Source: Gammaproteobacteria bacterium
GTDB lineage: Bacteria > Pseudomonadota > Gammaproteobacteria > SZUA-140
DNA: 64,000 nt
Direction of reading: 5' to 3'
Assembly (NCBI GenBank): GCA_016712635.1
Contig: JADJQS010000006.1
Span: 247,716 to 311,715, forward strand
The notes under the pieces are model-generated. The model had not been told where the DNA came from. It did no database searches and was given only the letters and a program-made list of their open reading frames with translations. Position numbers and translations under genes: made by a program. Position 1 is the stretch's first letter. Each line of letters starts with the position of its first letter. Shown here one piece after another: positions 60,488-64,000 of this stretch.

Positions 60488-62557
60488 ATGAATCCATTGC
60501 TGAAATATCTCCTCTGGCTGCTGGTCGCCGTGACCGGCGCGGCGGCGGTCGGCGGCATCGCCATCAACCGCGGCGAGCCGGTCAATGCGCTGTGGCTGAT
60601 CGTCGCCGCGGTGTGCGTCTACGCGATCGCGTACCGCTTCTACGCGGCCTGGATCGCCGCGAAGGTGCTCGTCTTCGACGAGACGCGCGCCACGCCGGCG
60701 GAGCGCTTCAACAACGGGCGCGATTTCGTGCCCACCCAGCGCTGGATCGTCTTCGGCCACCACTTCGCCGCCATCGCCGGCCCCGGCCCGCTGGTCGGGC
60801 CGACACTCGCGGCGCAGTTCGGCTATCTGCCCGGCACGCTGTGGATCCTGGTCGGCGCCGTGCTGGGCGGCTGCGTGCAGGACATGATGATCCTGTTCTT
60901 CTCGATGCGGCGCAACGGACGCAGCCTCGGCCAGATGGCGCGCGACGAACTGGGCGCGATCGGCGGGGCGGCGGCGCTGGTCGCGACGCTGATGATCATG
61001 ATCATCCTGATCGCGGTGCTCGGCCTGGTGGTGGTGAACGCGATGAAGCACAGCCCGTGGGCGACCTCGACCGTCGCCGCGACGATACCGATCGCGCTGT
61101 TCGTGGGCTTCTACATGCGCAGCATCCGGCCGGGCCGCGTGCTCGAGGGTTCCGTCATCGGCGTGCTGCTGCTCCTGCTCGCGGTCGCCGGCGGCGGCTG
61201 GATCGACCACAGCCCCGCGCTGCGCGGCCTGTTCGACCACGCCGGCCTGCCGCTCGCCTGGGCGGTAATCCTGTACGGCTTCGCTGCCGCGGTGCTGCCG
61301 GTGTGGATGCTGCTCACGCCGCGCGACTACCTGTCCACCTTCATGAAGCTCGGCACGGTGCTGCTGCTCGCCCTCGCCATCGTGCTGCTGAATCCGGTGA
61401 TCAAGATGCCGGCGCTGACCCCGTTCATCGACGGCACCGGGCCGATCTTCGGCGGCGCGCTGTTCCCGTTCGTGTTCATCACCATCGCCTGCGGCGCGAT
61501 CTCGGGCTTCCATTCGCTGATCGCCTCCGGCACCACGCCCAAGCTGCTCGCCAACGAGCGCGACATCCGCATGATCGGCTACGGCGGCATGGTGCTGGAA
61601 TCCTTCGTGGCGATCATGGCGCTGATCGCCGCGACCGTGCTCGATCCGGGCGTGTACTTCGCCATCAACAGCCCGGCCGGCGTGGTCGGCGCCACGGCGG
61701 CGGACGCGGTGGCGAAGATCTCCTCATGGGGCTTCCCGGTGACGGTGGAGCAGATGGAGATGCTGGCGCGCGATATGGGCGAGGCGACGCTGTTCGCGCG
61801 CACCGGCGGCGCGCCCTCGCTGGCGGTCGGCATGGCGAGCATCTTCGCCAGCGCCTTCGGCCAGGGCATGCTCGCCATGTGGTACCACTTCGCCATCATG
61901 TTCGAGGCGGTGTTCATCCTCACCACGCTCGACGCCGGCACGCGCGTCGGCCGCTTCATGCTGCAGGACCTGCTCGGCAACCTGTCGCCGCGCCTGGGGC
62001 AGACCTCGTGGTATCCCTCGGTGATCCTGGCGAGCGGGGCGATCGTCGGCGCCTGGGGCTATTTCCTCTACATCGGCGTGATCGATCCCAACGGCGGGGT
62101 CAACATCCTGTGGCCGCTGTTCGGCATCTCGAACCAGATCCTGGCGGCGATCGCGCTGTGCGTGGCGACCGGCATCCTGGTCAAGTCGGGCCGGGTCCGG
62201 TATGCCTGGATCACCGCGCTGCCGCTCACCTGGCTGGTCACCATCACCACCGCGGCGGTGTGGGACAAGATCACGAGCCCGGACGTGCGCATCGGCTTCT
62301 TCGCCGCCGCCAGCGACCTCGCCGACAAGGTGGCCGCCGGCATGCTCCCGCCGGAGCGGGCGGCGGTCGCGCCGCAACTGATCTTCAACCTCCGCCTCGA
62401 CGGCTGGATCGCGATCTTCTTCGCCGTCCTGCTGTGGGTGATCGTGCTCGACATGCTGAAGGTGTGCTACCGCCACCTCGCCGGCAAGCCGTGCCCGCCG
62501 CTCAGCGAGTCGCCGCACATCCCGAGCCGCCTGGCCGAGGATTACGTGAGGGATTGA
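60488..62557 (+). CDS. cstA: carbon starvation protein A (peptide/pyruvate transporter CstA)
   Basis: 689 aa, about 16 TM, full-length CstA pattern. Confidence 0.9.
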   Translation: MNPLLKYLLWLLVAVTGAAAVGGIAINRGEPVNALWLIVAAVCVYAIAYRFYAAWIAAKVLVFDETRATPAERFNNGRDFVPTQRWIVFGHHFAAIAGPGPLVGPTLAAQFGYLPGTLWILVGAVLGGCVQDMMILFFSMRRNGRSLGQMARDELGAIGGAAALVATLMIMIILIAVLGLVVVNAMKHSPWATSTVAATIPIALFVGFYMRSIRPGRVLEGSVIGVLLLLLAVAGGGWIDHSPALRGLFDHAGLPLAWAVILYGFAAAVLPVWMLLTPRDYLSTFMKLGTVLLLALAIVLLNPVIKMPALTPFIDGTGPIFGGALFPFVFITIACGAISGFHSLIASGTTPKLLANERDIRMIGYGGMVLESFVAIMALIAATVLDPGVYFAINSPAGVVGATAADAVAKISSWGFPVTVEQMEMLARDMGEATLFARTGGAPSLAVGMASIFASAFGQGMLAMWYHFAIMFEAVFILTTLDAGTRVGRFMLQDLLGNLSPRLGQTSWYPSVILASGAIVGAWGYFLYIGVIDPNGGVNILWPLFGISNQILAAIALCVATGILVKSGRVRYAWITALPLTWLVTITTAAVWDKITSPDVRIGFFAAASDLADKVAAGMLPPERAAVAPQLIFNLRLDGWIAIFFAVLLWVIVLDMLKVCYRHLAGKPCPPLSESPHIPSRLAEDYVRD

Positions 62558-62559
62558 GC

Positions 62560-62853
62560 ATGTCAGGAGAGAAATTCAAGGAGATTCCAGGCCTGTCATC
62601 CCCGCGAAAGCGGGGATCCAGGCTGTGGAAGTTCAGCGGATTGCTGGATTCCCGCTTCCGCGGGAATGACGGAATTCGGTCCTCTCTGAAGGCATTCTGG
62701 CGCGCGGTGCGCCAGCTCTCGGGCGACGACGCCTACGAACGCTACCTCGAGCATCATTCCATGCATCACGCCGACCAGCCGACGCTCACCCGCGCCGAAT
62801 TCTTCCGCCGCTGGCAGGAAGAGAAGTGGAGCGGTACCCGGCGCTGCTGCTGA
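62560..62853 (+). CDS. YbdD/YjiX-family small protein (DUF466) carrying an in-frame REP-derived insertion
   Basis: 3 nt after cstA stop (conserved cstA-yjiX pairing); C-terminal ..YERYLEHHSMHHADQPTLTRAEFFRRWQEEKWSGTRRCC matches YjiX ending in RCC; residues about 10-42 (..SSPRKRGSRLW..SRFRGNDGIRSS) are translation of two GC palindromes. Confidence 0.65.
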   Translation: MSGEKFKEIPGLSSPRKRGSRLWKFSGLLDSRFRGNDGIRSSLKAFWRAVRQLSGDDAYERYLEHHSMHHADQPTLTRAEFFRRWQEEKWSGTRRCC

Positions 62854-62864
62854 GCAATGTGAAC

Positions 62865-63012
62865 GGGGACAGATTTTAAAATCTGTCCCCATGCCCGAAC
62901 TGAAAGGGGACAGATTTAACAAGGGGGCCCCCGGCCCCGGGCGCGGGGGGGGGGGGGGGCCCCCCCCCGCCCCCCCGCGGGGGGGGGGACAGATTTAAAA
63001 AAATCTGTCCCC
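62865..63012. repeat. REP-like cluster (full palindrome, half-site, full palindrome) interrupted by a poly-G/poly-C block
   Basis: GGGGACAGATTTtAAAATCTGTCCCC at 62865; half-site at 62906; GGGGACAGATTTaaaaaAAATCTGTCCCC at 62985. Confidence 0.7.
62921..62988. repeat. low-complexity poly-G/poly-C block, probable assembly or sequencing artefact
   Basis: runs of up to 17 G and 9 C between two REP copies; same style as 36950..37262. Confidence 0.8.
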
Positions 63013-63326
63013 AGGTGGTTTATCAGGGACGGGTTTCATAATCCCTCCCCAGTTGTCCTGCAGACTAGGCTGAATCGGAACCAGGGCCGCATGGCCCTGC
63101 AGCCTGGAACAGCGACACGGGCCTTCGAAGGGGCCTGATCGGGTGACAAAACCGGCAATATTTCATCAACATCGAATCCAGCAGGTTGACTGCAGCGGGG
63201 CTGCCGGCATCGGCCAACGAAGGCCAGACGGCGTCGCTGTGAGCGATGAACGCTCCTCTCCGGGAGGTTAAGCATCTCAGGGATCATCCGATAACTTTGC
63301 TGTGATATGTGCCCCGGCGGGAATTC

Positions 63327-64000
63327 ATGGCGAAGCTGTCCGTTGATCAAATGCTTCATCGAGCGAAGTCGCATGAGCGTAAAGGCGAGTTCGAGGAGGC
63401 GCGCGCTTTATATAAGGGTGTGCTCCAGGACTTTCCGGGCAACACGCGCGCCAGGCAGGCGCTCGTCCAACTGGGCGTGGCCGGCCAGTCGGCAGATACC
63501 GGCCGGAACCCGCCGCAGGAAACGCTCGATCACCTCATGGGCCTCTATGACCAGGGCCAGCACGCCGCCGTAGCCGAACAGGCGCTCGGGCTGACGCCGG
63601 CATTCCCCGATTCGTTCGTGCTGTGGAACCTGCTGGGGGCCTCCGGCGCACAAGTCGGGAGGAGAGACATCGCCGAGAAGGCGTTTCGCCGCGCCTCCGA
63701 ACTCAACCCGGCGTTCCCCGACGCGCACAGCAATCTCGGCAATATCCTGAAGGAGCAGGGCAGGCTCGACGAGGCCGCCGCCTGCTATGTCCGCGCGCTC
63801 GAACTGAACCCCGACTTCGCCGCCGCCCACAACAACCTCGGCAATGTGCTCAGGGGCCAGGGCAGGCTCGACGAGGCGGTCGCCAGTTTCTCCCGTGCGC
63901 TCGCGCTGAAGCCGTACTTCGTCGATGCGCACTGCAATCTGTTCGAGCTCCATGAAAAATCCAATCAACTGGATGCGGCACGCGACGCGATAGAGGCGAT
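63327..64000 (+). CDS. TPR-repeat protein, 3' end beyond window
   Basis: ATG 63327; open to window end; repeated A..LG..L...G...EA...Y..AL.LNP.FA.AH.NLGN units; not in the ORF track because no stop inside window. Confidence 0.7.
   Translation, partial: MAKLSVDQMLHRAKSHERKGEFEEARALYKGVLQDFPGNTRARQALVQLGVAGQSADTGRNPPQETLDHLMGLYDQGQHAAVAEQALGLTPAFPDSFVLWNLLGASGAQVGRRDIAEKAFRRASELNPAFPDAHSNLGNILKEQGRLDEAAACYVRALELNPDFAAAHNNLGNVLRGQGRLDEAVASFSRALALKPYFVDAHCNLFELHEKSNQLDAARDAIEA

Noticed and set aside
50042-63012. Possible CRISPR array because of repeated GGGGACAGATTT..AAATCTGTCCCC units
   Set aside because: Copies are scattered over 17 kb in separate intergenic regions with genes between them. 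Each unit is itself palindromic, there is no regular repeat-spacer periodicity, and there are no cas genes. It is a REP/BIME-type family.
63408-63968. 186-aa minus-strand ORF
   Set aside because: Antisense to the clearly periodic TPR-repeat gene starting at 63327.

Overview
This 64-kb window comes from a high-GC (about 65%) chromosome whose gene order looks gammaproteobacterial. The first ~33 kb is conserved housekeeping. It holds rlmJ (5'-truncated), a glutaminyl cyclase, slyD, a 1182-aa PilZ/GGDEF/EAL c-di-GMP signalling protein, a rhomboid gene overlapping glnD, and map. It then holds the conserved cell-envelope/translation cluster rpsB-tsf-pyrH-frr-uppS-cdsA-dxr-rseP-bamA-skp-lpxD-fabZ-lpxA-lpxB-rnhB-dnaE-accA-tilS. 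Immediately after tilS (about 32.8 kb) the sequence turns accessory-like. It opens with an AT-richer gap, a possibly truncated DUF4238-like gene and small detox/stress genes (GNAT, DHFR-family x2, PhnB-like, VOC, DUF4256, DUF1801, SRPBCC x2, DoxX). It also carries a His-rich exported protein, a candidate two-gene envelope operon (720-aa CARDB-like lipoprotein plus an exported HEAT-repeat protein) and an AI-2E transporter (46.8-47.9 kb). Next come NmrA, an Ada-like regulator, Crp/Fnr plus OmpW and a permease, then a 1-Cys peroxiredoxin, a yqjD/E/K-like operon, uppP, dedA, cstA-yjiX and the start of a TPR protein. Four non-coding signals stand out. (1) A REP-like palindrome family, GGGGACAGATTT-n-AAATCTGTCCCC, has at least 12 copies in intergenic clusters between 46 and 63 kb, and a separate REP pair is inserted in-frame in yjiX. 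(2) Two copies of an ~83-bp hairpin element with perfect 24-bp inverted repeats flank doxX. (3) Two poly-G/poly-C low-complexity blocks (36.95-37.26 kb and 62.92-62.99 kb) look like assembly or sequencing artefacts. (4) An unannotated 27-codon membrane-peptide ORF has a strong RBS and a terminator. No rRNA, tRNA, CRISPR array, transposase or integrase was recognised. Coordinates derived by hand, outside the ORF track, may be off by 1-2 nt.
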